The notes under the pieces: generated by a model
What the model was told of the DNA's origin: nothing
Database searches by the model: none
What the model saw: only the letters and a program-made list of their open reading frames with translations
Shown here: positions 34,863 to 43,787 of the stretch, one piece after another
Layout of the letters: every line of letters begins with the position of its first letter
Numbering within the stretch: the first letter of the stretch is position 1
NCBI GenBank assembly: GCA_964588955.1
Contig: CAZPQJ010000003.1
Location: 91,409 to 141,142 of the forward strand
Length of the DNA: 49,734 bases
Origin: an uncultured Gammaproteobacteria bacterium
GTDB taxonomy: Bacteria; Patescibacteriota; Patescibacteriia; UBA9934; CAMTUG01
Direction of reading: 5' to 3'
Program-made: the position numbers and the translations under genes

Positions 34863-34982
34863 TCAACTCCGCCTCTTCACCTTGTCGGGACAGTTCCACT
34901 TTCCGCATTCATCACACGGAGTGAAAATACCGATGATGGTCAACACGAAAAAGGCGACAACAAAAAGGAAAACGCAGATCAT
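34863..34982 (-). CDS. Candidate small membrane protein (39 aa) with a Cys-rich tail
   Basis: Hand translation gives MICVFLFVVAFFVLTIIGIFTPCDECGKWNCPDKVKRRS*. GGAG lies 6 nt upstream of the ATG. It sits in the cysS-downstream spacer. Confidence 0.3.
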   Translation of the reverse strand: MICVFLFVVAFFVLTIIGIFTPCDECGKWNCPDKVKRRS

Positions 34983-35084
34983 GTCAGCTCCAGGTCTAGA
35001 TTGAATGCGCAGAGTGGCGATCCGGCGCCAAAACAAACATAGACCTCTAAAAATTTATTGTCAAATACAAGCGATAAAACACGG

Positions 35085-36431
35085 CTACAGAATTTTTTGT
35101 CCTTCAGGGGTATCTTCCACCGTAAATCCTTTTTGTGTAATCAAATCGCGCAATGCATCGGACTTTTTCCAGTCCTTGGCCAAACGCGCCGCTTCGCGTT
35201 CTCGACCAAGTGCCAAAACCTCTTCCGGCACCTCTACGGGCTTGCCAATATAGGCCTCAAGACCCAATCCAAGAATTTGATCCATTGCCAGTAGTTGATT
35301 GGCCTTATCCGCAGGCGAAAATGAAGCATCATCAAGCATGCTCCACATGGCTGCCAGGGCCTGGGGGGTGTTGAGGTCGTTGTTGAGGGTGGAGAGGAAA
35401 TCAGAAGGAGGATTGGACGCACCCGAGGTTACCGGTAACGATCGAGCAATCGCATACAACTTTTGCAACGCATTTTGCGCGCCTTGCAACGCCTCCCAGG
35501 TGAAATTTAGTTTGGAACGATAGTGAGCGCCCAGGAACATATAGCGCAAAACGATTGGATCAAATCCATGATCGATAATATCGCGCAAGGTATAAAAGTT
35601 CCCCAACGACTTACTCATTTTTTTTCCATCAACCAGCAGATGCTCCGCATGCAGCCAATAGCGAGCCAGCGGCTTGCCAGTGCATGCTTCCGTTTGTGCA
35701 AGCTCGTCTTGATGATGAGGAAAGAGCAAATCAATCCCGCCTGTATGAATGTCGAAGGGAACGTCGAGATATTTGGCACTCATCGCTGAACACTCAATAT
35801 GCCAACCAGGACGACCGTCTCCAAAAGGAGCGGAAAACTTCACATCACCATCTGCCGCGTCCCAAAACTTCCACAAGGCAAAGTCTCCCACGTTTTCTTT
35901 CTCGTACTCGTCGGCTAAGACCCGTCCAGATGCACCAGCCTTCAATCCTTCCAAATCTAAATGGGCCAAGGCGCCGTAGTCATTAATCTTATTGATGGAA
36001 AAATAGACCCCGTCGTCGGTTGTGTAGGCAATCCCCTTTTCAAGTAAGGTATTGATCATCTCAATCATCTCCGCGATATGCTCGGTCGCTTTCGGATACG
36101 CATCTGCCCGCTTGAGGTTGAGCGCGTCGACATCTTTAAAAAACTCAACGGTATACTTTTCCGTAAAATCCTTGAGCGACATACCCGCCTTTTGGCTGTC
36201 ACGGATGGTTTTGTCGTCAACGTCGGTCAAGTTTTTGATTTGACGAACGGCAAGTCCATTGGCTTCGAGCGTGCGACGCAAAACATCTTCAAACACAAAC
36301 GTGCGCAAGTTGCCGATATGCGCGAAATTATAAACCGTTGGACCGCAAGAATAGACCCCCACTTGGCCAGGGTTGATAGGCTGAAAGTCCTCTTCTTTTC
36401 GGGTCAAGGTATTGTACAGACGGATAAACAT
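35085..36431 (-). CDS. cysS: Cysteine--tRNA ligase
   Basis: Contains VYSCGPTVYNFAHIGN, the KMSKS motif, and WHIECS. Confidence 0.95.
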   Translation of the reverse strand: MFIRLYNTLTRKEEDFQPINPGQVGVYSCGPTVYNFAHIGNLRTFVFEDVLRRTLEANGLAVRQIKNLTDVDDKTIRDSQKAGMSLKDFTEKYTVEFFKDVDALNLKRADAYPKATEHIAEMIEMINTLLEKGIAYTTDDGVYFSINKINDYGALAHLDLEGLKAGASGRVLADEYEKENVGDFALWKFWDAADGDVKFSAPFGDGRPGWHIECSAMSAKYLDVPFDIHTGGIDLLFPHHQDELAQTEACTGKPLARYWLHAEHLLVDGKKMSKSLGNFYTLRDIIDHGFDPIVLRYMFLGAHYRSKLNFTWEALQGAQNALQKLYAIARSLPVTSGASNPPSDFLSTLNNDLNTPQALAAMWSMLDDASFSPADKANQLLAMDQILGLGLEAYIGKPVEVPEEVLALGREREAARLAKDWKKSDALRDLITQKGFTVEDTPEGQKIL

Positions 36432-36488
36432 AGACTTACGAAAGTATACGGGAACGGAACTTTTAAGAAAAGGGGGGTGTGGGTTTAT

Positions 36489-36515
36489 ATAGGCGGGAGC
36501 CCCTGCTCCCGCTAT
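36489..36515 (+). repeat. GC hairpin repeat 1 (ATAGGCGGGAGC-CCCT-GCTCCCGCTAT)
   Basis: 8-bp perfect stem at 36493-36500/36505-36512, extendable with one bulge. Its arms are paralogous to the 36696-36717 hairpin. Confidence 0.6.
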
Positions 36516-36557
36516 GCAGGTTTAACCCTCTCGACCAGACTCGAAAAACAACTCGTT

Positions 36558-36577
36558 TGAACACAATTTGTGTTCAA
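36558..36577. repeat. 20-nt palindrome-containing segment TGAACACAATTTGTGTTCAA, copy B
   Basis: Identical to 30938-30957. 127 nt upstream of the cysS start. Confidence 0.8.
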
Positions 36578-36695
36578 CTTTTTCATTTTAGCTGGTAGGT
36601 ATATCGTGGAGGTCTACAGGACGATATCTCTAGCACATCTGGAGCATACCGTTTTAGAATCAAGCACATTGACGACCATCAACTTCAACACACAA

Positions 36696-36717
36696 GGCGG
36701 GAGTAGAGACTCCCGCC
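36696..36717 (-). terminator. GC hairpin repeat 2; likely terminator of the pilin gene
   Basis: GGCGGGAGT-AGAG-ACTCCCGCC is a perfect 9-bp stem. On the minus strand it is followed by TTGTGTGTT, 48 nt after the pilin stop. Confidence 0.55.
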
Positions 36718-36764
36718 TATGCAAACCGATCTACCCGCCCCTACCTCTAAAAGGCCGTGCCGGG

Positions 36765-37268
36765 TTACTCGATCGCCGGGCAAGCGCCGGCTTCGACACC
36801 GGATTCGGACGCGCAGTTTACCCCTTTGACCAGTTTGGCCTCTGGATTATCTGTTTCAAGCTCAAATTGAATTCTATACGCGCTGGCATTGCCGACATAA
36901 CAGTAGGCGTCGCTAGCCCCAGAACATTGCACCACTTCTTTGAGCCCTGCTTCCGGGGTCGTCGGCACTCTGGCCAAATAGACTGACTCGGAAGTCGCGT
37001 CGCAGGTTGGCACAAAGCCGTCACTCGACAAACAAGCGGTGCCAGAAGCGCCAAGAGCGGTGGACTCAGCCAAAACGGGATAACTGTTGTGATCATTAAA
37101 ATACAACTCCAACGCCATTTGCGTGCGCACAACATCGGAAAGGCGTTTGGCGTCACGGGCACGAACACGAGCGGAGGTGAGAGCCACGGTGGCTAGCACA
37201 CCCATCAATCCCACGATTCCCACGACGACCAAAATCTCGACAAGGGTAAACCCTTTTTTATTATCCAT
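36765..37268 (-). CDS. Type IV pilin / pseudopilin (prepilin-type N-terminal cleavage/methylation motif)
   Basis: MDNKKGFTLVEILVVVGIVGLMGVLA is the class III signal peptide (G/FTLVE). Confidence 0.88.
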   Translation of the reverse strand: MDNKKGFTLVEILVVVGIVGLMGVLATVALTSARVRARDAKRLSDVVRTQMALELYFNDHNSYPVLAESTALGASGTACLSSDGFVPTCDATSESVYLARVPTTPEAGLKEVVQCSGASDAYCYVGNASAYRIQFELETDNPEAKLVKGVNCASESGVEAGACPAIE

Positions 37269-37291
37269 AGTTTTCTTGTCTGTATTATCTC

Positions 37292-37687
37292 TTATTTTGA
37301 TTCTTTATTCAACAATCCTCGCACCTTGCGTACAGCCTCGCTTGGCACAAAATGCCCTTTGATCAAGTAGGCGTCGGCTCCGGCGCGCTTCATGCGTTCA
37401 ATTTCCGGCCGCTCAAACAAGCTGGAGAGAATAGCAATAGGCAAATATGGCGTGTCGGTTTGTGAACGGATCGTTTTGATCAAGGCCTCGGTGGCGTCTT
37501 CGTCTATGTCTGGCTCGAGCACTAAAGCGGAAAGCTTACGCTTGGCACGAATCTTCTCCCCTTCACTCAATGTCTCTGCCACATACACTTTCCAACCCGT
37601 TGCTTCAAACTTGCGGGCGTAAATCCCGGCCAAAAACGTGTCAGCATCGATGATTAAGACAGAGGGGCGTGCCGGCATATTATTCAA
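37292..37687 (-). CDS. Stand-alone receiver-domain protein (CheY-like) with an atypical active site
   Basis: Hand alignment to CheY pairs VLIIDAD with VVDDF, LVLEPDID with VISDWNMP (Asp57 position is Glu), ILSS with MVTA, and YLIKG with VVKP. Confidence 0.75.
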   Translation of the reverse strand: MNNMPARPSVLIIDADTFLAGIYARKFEATGWKVYVAETLSEGEKIRAKRKLSALVLEPDIDEDATEALIKTIRSQTDTPYLPIAILSSLFERPEIERMKRAGADAYLIKGHFVPSEAVRKVRGLLNKESK

Positions 37688-38750
37688 TGTCTCTCATAGC
37701 GAGCCCAATGGCCACGGCGAAACGCGGACCAATCTCGTCGAGCACCGGGCGCAGCGCTTCTGGAACAGTTACCCGCGCCCATGGATCACCAATATACACA
37801 TTAACGTTCAACTTTCCACTCAAGAATGCCACCATTCCCGGAAGCTCCGCCGACCCACCCGTCACAATCACCTTTTCGATTTTAGATTCTCCATGTCCTT
37901 CCTGACGACGAAATTCGCCAATCGAGTAGTTGATCTCGTTCAAAATAGGTTGCAAAAGCATCTCTACCGCCGGCGGAATACCCGAGGAAACATCTTTAGC
38001 CAAATCAAGCTTCATTTGCTCCGCCTCTTCTAAACTAATCCCCATCTGCTCGGCGATTATTTTAGTGAGCATGCCTCCACCCACATTAACGGTGCGCGTA
38101 AAATACGGAATGCCTTTATCAACAATCGTAATGTTGGTGCGCTGGGCACCAACGTCCAAAATCAAAATAACCGATTTATCTCTGCCCACCAGCGAGCGCA
38201 CCAAAGCAAACGACTCCGTTTCCAAAGCAACTAATTCCATTTTAGCCAACGTAAATGCTTCCACATATTTGGCTACCAATGTCTTCGCCGCGCCCGTAAC
38301 CAAAACGCGTGACCGTTCTCCTATTTTCTCCTTTTCTCCCGCTTTCTCCGCCTTTTTCTCATCAATCACCCGAGAATCAATAATCATTTCGGTAATTGGC
38401 AACGGTGCTAACTTCTCCACTTGAGCCTCAACAAGAAGCTTCATTTGCTTTGGATCTTTGGTGGCGGGAACAGAAATCACCGCATCAAACACTGCGTGCT
38501 GCGGCAATCCACTAATCGCTTTGGTCGTTCCCGCGCCACACTGTTTGATCTCGCGTGCTAATAACTCAGCCGTTTTTTTTGCGTCGTCGAGCAAAGGCGC
38601 TGTTTGATCGTTGAGCGCGCGATCGGTGTAGGCATAGGTCATTAATTTGGCACGTCCTTTTTCACTTGCCAATTCAACCAACTTAATGCCTCCAATACCA
38701 ATATCGATCCCTAAATAGGATTTGGATTTTGAACTACCAAAAAGAGACAT
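37680..38750 (-). CDS. pilM: Type IV pilus assembly protein PilM (actin-like ATPase)
   Basis: 356 aa with YLGIDIGIGGIKLVEL..., ILDVGAQRTNITIV and VIVTGGSAELPG. Confidence 0.88.
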   Translation of the reverse strand: MSLFGSSKSKSYLGIDIGIGGIKLVELASEKGRAKLMTYAYTDRALNDQTAPLLDDAKKTAELLAREIKQCGAGTTKAISGLPQHAVFDAVISVPATKDPKQMKLLVEAQVEKLAPLPITEMIIDSRVIDEKKAEKAGEKEKIGERSRVLVTGAAKTLVAKYVEAFTLAKMELVALETESFALVRSLVGRDKSVILILDVGAQRTNITIVDKGIPYFTRTVNVGGGMLTKIIAEQMGISLEEAEQMKLDLAKDVSSGIPPAVEMLLQPILNEINYSIGEFRRQEGHGESKIEKVIVTGGSAELPGMVAFLSGKLNVNVYIGDPWARVTVPEALRPVLDEIGPRFAVAIGLAMRDIE

Positions 38751-38767
38751 AGATTGGAATCAGTATA

Positions 38768-39199
38768 TCACAAACCAAGGATTCCCTCATCGATGGCAAT
38801 GTTCACCAACGTGTCGGCTTCGGTATTTTTTTCCCGGCGCACGTGTCGAAACGTCACACGCTTAAATTGCTGACGCAGGTTGTAAACTTCGACAAAACGT
38901 TTGGCTAATTCCGGATTTTTGACGCGATATTCCCCGTTTAATTGTTTAACGGCGAGCTCGGAGTCCATCACCATCTCCACCACTTCCGCTCCAAGTTCTT
39001 TGGCGCGCTCAAGTCCACGCTTAATGGCGATATACTCGGCTTGGTTGTTGGTGGTTTTACCAAGATATTCATGAATGGTGGAAACGGTCGCCCCTTCCGT
39101 GCCGTCTTCGTGCATGGCGTGCACCGCAACGCCAATACCCGAAGGTCCCGGATTGCCTCGTGATCCACCGTCGGTGTAAATGCGGAGGTGCTTCGACAT
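38768..39199 (-). CDS. rnhA: Ribonuclease HI family protein
   Basis: Contains IYTDGGSRGNPGPSGIG, NNQAEYIA, DSELAVKQL and REKNTEADTLVN. Confidence 0.88.
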   Translation of the reverse strand: MSKHLRIYTDGGSRGNPGPSGIGVAVHAMHEDGTEGATVSTIHEYLGKTTNNQAEYIAIKRGLERAKELGAEVVEMVMDSELAVKQLNGEYRVKNPELAKRFVEVYNLRQQFKRVTFRHVRREKNTEADTLVNIAIDEGILGL

Positions 39200-39314
39200 A
39201 GGAAGAACTAATAACTAATCTCTTAAAACGAAACAAATACTAATACCTAACGTCAAAATCAGTTTAAACCTTTTCGCATTGAGTGTTTAGTTTTTGTTTA
39301 GACTTTCGTTTTTA

Positions 39315-41054
39315 CTATTTAGTCTTTTCCTGATTCTTTTTCAAATCCACAATCCTCAACTGAATCTCTTTCCTCCCATTCCATTCATTGATTCCGACTT
39401 CGTAAACCACATCTAGTTTATCACCCACCGCTAGTTTTGACACCCACTCCCCGAAACGAAATCCAATAAACTTTTTTCCTCCGGCAGTAAGACGCAAATG
39501 TTGTGCTTCCGCACCCACGGTGTCGCAGGCTCCGACCGTTAATCCATAACTGACAAACAACGGACGTGGATGTGCTTCGCCATACGGCTCCAACAAATCC
39601 ATGGCGTCAATCAACGTCCAATCAATCCCTTTCGGCGACAGTTCCGCGTCAACTTGGATGGTTGGCGTGGCGTCATGAGTAGCAAAGTAGACTTCGGCCT
39701 GCGCGGACATATTCGCGCGAAAAGCTTCCAAATTCGCTTCACCCACGCAGCTCATACCACAAGCTTGCGGATGGCCGCCAAACTTAGTCAATAGGTCGGC
39801 GCAATTTTTCATCGCCGCCGTCACGTCGAATCCATGGAGACTTCTCCCTGATCCGGCAAAGTGTCCATCTTCTTGAGCACAGATCACAAACGTCGGCAGA
39901 CCATACTCATTCATTACCTTTCCCGCCACAAGCCCCGCCAATCCCACCGACCACGGTCCAACAGCAAACAACATCTTGCGATTCCCCGCTTCCCCGATCT
40001 GTGTTTTGACCTCGCGAAAGGCGGCGTCGGATGCTTGTTGGCGGTCAACGTTGGATTGATTCAACGCGATGGCCAACTGTTCCGCTTCCTCAGGATCTTC
40101 GCACATGAGCAAGTTATAGGCGGCGTTAGCGTGATTCATGCGTCCAGCAGCATTAATACGTGGGCCAATTTGAAACCCAATAGACCACGTGTCTAACGGC
40201 TTGTCTTCCAACCCAGCGTTTTTGAGAAGCGCTTTAAGCCCTAATCGACGGGTTTTGTTGAGCACTTTCAAACCAAACTTTTCCAAGGTGCGATTTTCTC
40301 CCAAGAGCGGCATGACATCGGTGACGGTCGCGATCGCCACAAGGTCGAGCAGCCACTTTTCATATCCGTCAGGGAAAGGCATTCCTCGCTTTTGCGCTTC
40401 GATAATTAATCCACAGGCAAGTTTGAACGCCACGCCCGTGCCACACAATTTTTTGTTGGGATAGGTTTCCCCCGGCACCAGCGGATGGAGCAGAATCGCC
40501 CCCTCTGGCAACACTTCCGGCATTTGATGGTGATCGCAGACAATCGTATCGATGCCAAGTTCTTTGGCGCGCGCGATAGCCGGGCCGTTACTAATACCGC
40601 AATCGACCGTGATGATCAGCTTGGTCAGTTCATGCTCGTGCAAATGTTCGACGGTTTTGACCGACAAGCCGTAACCATCTTTTTCGCGATGAGGAAGAAA
40701 CACGGTGGGAGGAGAAATAGAAGAGAAAGTAGGAGAAAGACGGATAATTTCCCGCAAGGTGGACATAAGCGTTGTTGATCCACACACGCCGTCGGCATCA
40801 TAATCGCCATGCAACGTAATCACTTCTCCCCGCTCGAGCGCTAAAAAAACGCGATCGATCGCCTGTTGCATGTGAGAAAACTGAAATGGCGAAATCGCGT
40901 CACGACCCCAATCTGGACCCAAAAACACATCCATTTCCTCCTGGGTGCGCAAACCGCGGTTCCACAAAATCTGCAACACCACGGGGTGCAGTTCGGGAAA
41001 CTCCGCTCGACAGGCGTCGTCGATCGGCTGCGCTACAACCCAGGTCTTGTCCAT
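39315..41054 (-). CDS. recJ: Single-stranded-DNA-specific exonuclease RecJ
   Basis: DHH motifs (HGDYDADG, DCGISN, CDHHQ), DHHA1 (GGHPQACG) and a C-terminal OB-like tail. Start chosen at MDKTWVVAQP. Confidence 0.9.
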   Translation of the reverse strand: MDKTWVVAQPIDDACRAEFPELHPVVLQILWNRGLRTQEEMDVFLGPDWGRDAISPFQFSHMQQAIDRVFLALERGEVITLHGDYDADGVCGSTTLMSTLREIIRLSPTFSSISPPTVFLPHREKDGYGLSVKTVEHLHEHELTKLIITVDCGISNGPAIARAKELGIDTIVCDHHQMPEVLPEGAILLHPLVPGETYPNKKLCGTGVAFKLACGLIIEAQKRGMPFPDGYEKWLLDLVAIATVTDVMPLLGENRTLEKFGLKVLNKTRRLGLKALLKNAGLEDKPLDTWSIGFQIGPRINAAGRMNHANAAYNLLMCEDPEEAEQLAIALNQSNVDRQQASDAAFREVKTQIGEAGNRKMLFAVGPWSVGLAGLVAGKVMNEYGLPTFVICAQEDGHFAGSGRSLHGFDVTAAMKNCADLLTKFGGHPQACGMSCVGEANLEAFRANMSAQAEVYFATHDATPTIQVDAELSPKGIDWTLIDAMDLLEPYGEAHPRPLFVSYGLTVGACDTVGAEAQHLRLTAGGKKFIGFRFGEWVSKLAVGDKLDVVYEVGINEWNGRKEIQLRIVDLKKNQEKTK

Positions 41055-41055
41055 A

Positions 41056-41166
41056 CTAGAAAGCAAATTGGGCGATGGAAAACAAAATGGAGACAATCAT
41101 GAATAACGAAAAAATGGCCCAGGCAATCCGCAACGCTTTGTGTTTGGTGATTTTGATTTTTTTCAT
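41056..41166 (-). CDS. Candidate small membrane protein (36 aa) between lepA and recJ
   Basis: Hand translation gives MKKIKITKHKALRIAWAIFSLFMIVSILFSIAQFAF*. It starts 1 nt after the lepA stop and its stop is 1 nt before the recJ ATG. Confidence 0.35.
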   Translation of the reverse strand: MKKIKITKHKALRIAWAIFSLFMIVSILFSIAQFAF

Positions 41167-41167
41167 A

Positions 41168-43018
41168 CTAACGCTTAAGCACGTTTAAGTAGGCGTCCGT
41201 CGGAATATCAACTTTCCCAACTCCCAGAGCCATCATCTTTTTCTTTCCTTTCTTCTGCTTGTCGAGCAACTTGTTTTTGCGCGTCACGTCGCCACCGTAG
41301 AGTTTGGCAATCACGTCTTTCTTCATGGCGGCAATGCGCTCAGCAGCGACAATTTTTCCTCCAATCGCCGCCTGCAACTTAATGTCGAACATCTGTTTAG
41401 GAATCGACTCCTTCAACTTCTCCACTGTGCGCCGCCCGACGCGTTCGGCATCGGTGCGGTACACCAGCATCGCCAACGCTTCCACCGGCTCTTCGGCCAC
41501 CAAAATATTCAAGCGAACGACGTCTGCTTCTCTGTAGCCAATCAAATCATAGTTGAGCGAGGCATAGCCGCTCGACACTGATTTTAAGGCATCATAAAAA
41601 TCAACGATCACCGAGGCGAGCGGCATGTCGTAACGCAAAATGACGCGACTGTCGCTCAAAAAATCCGTTGTTTTATAAATCCCTTTACGCTCCTGCGCCA
41701 ACTGCATCACCGGACCGATGTAATCCTTCGGGGTAATCATGTCGACCGAAGCCCACGGCTCTTCAATATGTTCAATATGCGAAGCATCCGGCATCTCCAG
41801 CGGCGATTTGATCACCAACATCTCCCGACCCGTGCGATGGACGTGATACACCACCGAGGGCACCGTCACGACCAAATCCATATTAAACTCGCGTTCCAAT
41901 CGCTGCGTGATGATCTCTAAATGCAACATGCCGAGCAACCCCACGCGGAACCCATAGCCGAGCGCTGGCGAGTGCTCTGGCTCGAATTGCAACGCCGCGT
42001 CGCTCAACTTCAACTTACCCATTGCTTCGCGCAAGCGTTCGAAGGTGCTCCCCTCTTTGGGAAAAATGCCGGCGTAAACCATTGGCTTGACTTCACGATA
42101 ACCAGGCAACGGCTCAACCGTGGAACCGGCGTGCGAAATGGTGTCGCCAACACGACAGGCGGACAAATCTTTGAATCCCGTAACAATGTAACCAATCTGC
42201 CCCGTCTCCAACATGTCCATCGGCGCGTAGCCGGGACGCAACGCCCCAAGCTCAAGAATTTCCGACTCCGCGTTGGTGGCTTTCATGTGCAATTTCTCCC
42301 CTTTGCGGAAGGTGCCGTCGACCACGCGCACGTACGCCACCACGCCTTTATACTCGTCGTACTTGGCGTCAAAGATCACCGCCCGTGACGGTTTATTTTC
42401 CGCTCCCGACGGCGCGGGGATGCGATCAATAATGGCGTCGAGCAATTCGGTAACCCCTTGCCCCGTCTTTCCACTAACGTGCAAAATTTCCTCCGGCTTG
42501 CAACCAATCAAATTGACAAGCTCATCTGTGCAGCCAGGAATATCTGCCGCCGGCAAATCAATTTTGTTGAGTACCGGAATGATGGTGAGATTGTGCTCGA
42601 GGGCAAAATACAAATTACCAATCGTCTGTGCCTGCACCCCCTGCGCGGCGTCAACGAGCAGCACCGCCCCCTCCACCGACGCTAACGACCGTGAAACTTC
42701 GTAATTAAAGTCGACGTGACCAGGAGTGTCAATCAAATTCAAAACGTACGTTCCATTTTCACTTTTGGAATTTTGTATTTCGGATTTGCTTGGTTCTTGA
42801 GATTTCGTATTTGAGATTTTCCAATTCATGCGTGCCGGAGCAAGCTTGATGGTAATCCCCTTCTCCCGCTCCAAATCCATGGAATCCAACAGCTGTTCCT
42901 GCATTTTTCGCTTCTCCACCGTGCCGGTCAATTCCAAAAGACGATCGGCCAGGGTGGACTTCCCGTGGTCGATATGGGCAATAATGCAGAAGTTGCGGAT
43001 CTGATTTTGAGGGGTCAT
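41168..43018 (-). CDS. lepA: Elongation factor 4 (LepA)
   Basis: The internal Met gives MTPQNQIRNFCIIAHIDHGKSTLADRLL, with DTPGHVDF, NKID and the LepA C-terminal domain. Confidence 0.95.
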   Translation of the reverse strand: MTPQNQIRNFCIIAHIDHGKSTLADRLLELTGTVEKRKMQEQLLDSMDLEREKGITIKLAPARMNWKISNTKSQEPSKSEIQNSKSENGTYVLNLIDTPGHVDFNYEVSRSLASVEGAVLLVDAAQGVQAQTIGNLYFALEHNLTIIPVLNKIDLPAADIPGCTDELVNLIGCKPEEILHVSGKTGQGVTELLDAIIDRIPAPSGAENKPSRAVIFDAKYDEYKGVVAYVRVVDGTFRKGEKLHMKATNAESEILELGALRPGYAPMDMLETGQIGYIVTGFKDLSACRVGDTISHAGSTVEPLPGYREVKPMVYAGIFPKEGSTFERLREAMGKLKLSDAALQFEPEHSPALGYGFRVGLLGMLHLEIITQRLEREFNMDLVVTVPSVVYHVHRTGREMLVIKSPLEMPDASHIEHIEEPWASVDMITPKDYIGPVMQLAQERKGIYKTTDFLSDSRVILRYDMPLASVIVDFYDALKSVSSGYASLNYDLIGYREADVVRLNILVAEEPVEALAMLVYRTDAERVGRRTVEKLKESIPKQMFDIKLQAAIGGKIVAAERIAAMKKDVIAKLYGGDVTRKNKLLDKQKKGKKKMMALGVGKVDIPTDAYLNVLKR

Positions 43019-43143
43019 GCACAAAGATGATAGCCAAAAATGCGCCAAACGTCCATTCCTTCGGGGCTTGCTTTTTTGCTATACTTTTGCTAGGGTCGGC
43101 AGTTCCGAGAATCCACTCGGACGCGCACCCAGGAGATTCATCC

Positions 43144-43632
43144 GTGATAATCGTCCCTTCCAATGCGTCGTCGATCGGCGCGCTCTACTCCCCCTCCGGC
43201 TGGCCGCTGCCCAAGCGGTTGCACACAGCCGGAGCGTTCCTGGCCACGACGAACGAAGAGGAGGCACGTGTGCTTCTTCAAAACGTCAAGGCGGGCCTGA
43301 CGCACGAGAACGCGCCCCGTGTCGTAGCGCTCATGCGTCAGACGGCGGGAGATAGCGATCGGCTGACCAATCGCACCTCCGTCGGCGTCGAGCTGCTGAC
43401 CGCGCTTCGTGACGTCGGGTGGATCATTCGACGAGTCGACGGTGACTCTCGCCGGCGATTCGTCGCCGTGCCCGGCACCCCGCGGCAGGTCTACATCCTG
43501 CACCACCGCCTGCACCATACGTTCCCGGTAGGAGCACTGGCACTCGTGCCGTCGCCGCCGCCGAAGTCGGCACGGCGCCTCTACCGGCACGAGACGGAGA
43601 TCGCCCACATCGTCCACTTCCACCCCTTCTGA
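43144..43632 (+). CDS. Hypothetical protein in a GC-rich island (162 aa, GTG start), possibly winged-helix
   Basis: AGGAG lies 8 nt upstream of the GTG at 43144. NRTSVGVELLTALRDVGWIIRRVDG resembles the 17425..17781 product. The opposite-strand ORF 43138..43623 is judged a GC shadow. Confidence 0.55.
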   Translation: MIIVPSNASSIGALYSPSGWPLPKRLHTAGAFLATTNEEEARVLLQNVKAGLTHENAPRVVALMRQTAGDSDRLTNRTSVGVELLTALRDVGWIIRRVDGDSRRRFVAVPGTPRQVYILHHRLHHTFPVGALALVPSPPPKSARRLYRHETEIAHIVHFHPF

Positions 43633-43653
43633 TCGACTTCATCAACAAGCTCA

Positions 43654-43683
43654 AGCGCCCCGGCCACGCAGGCTCGGGGCGCT
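43654..43683 (+). terminator. GC hairpin after the 43144 gene (AGCGCCCCG / CGGGGCGCT)
   Basis: 9-bp perfect stem with loop GCCACGCAGGCT. Homologous to the 17780-17814 hairpin. No clear U-tract. Confidence 0.5.
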
Positions 43684-43726
43684 CAATAGTTTCAAAGCAC
43701 GTTCTATTACTTTTGGCATGTTCCCT

Positions 43727-43765
43727 GTAAAAAACATTCACCCCGAGCCGTATGCCCGGGGTGAA
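43727..43765 (-). terminator. Rho-independent terminator of the 43788 gene
   Basis: Minus strand reads TTCACCCCG-(11-nt loop)-CGGGGTGAA followed by TGTTTTTTAC. Confidence 0.7.
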
Positions 43766-43787
43766 GACGTATTTAGATAGCTCTACC

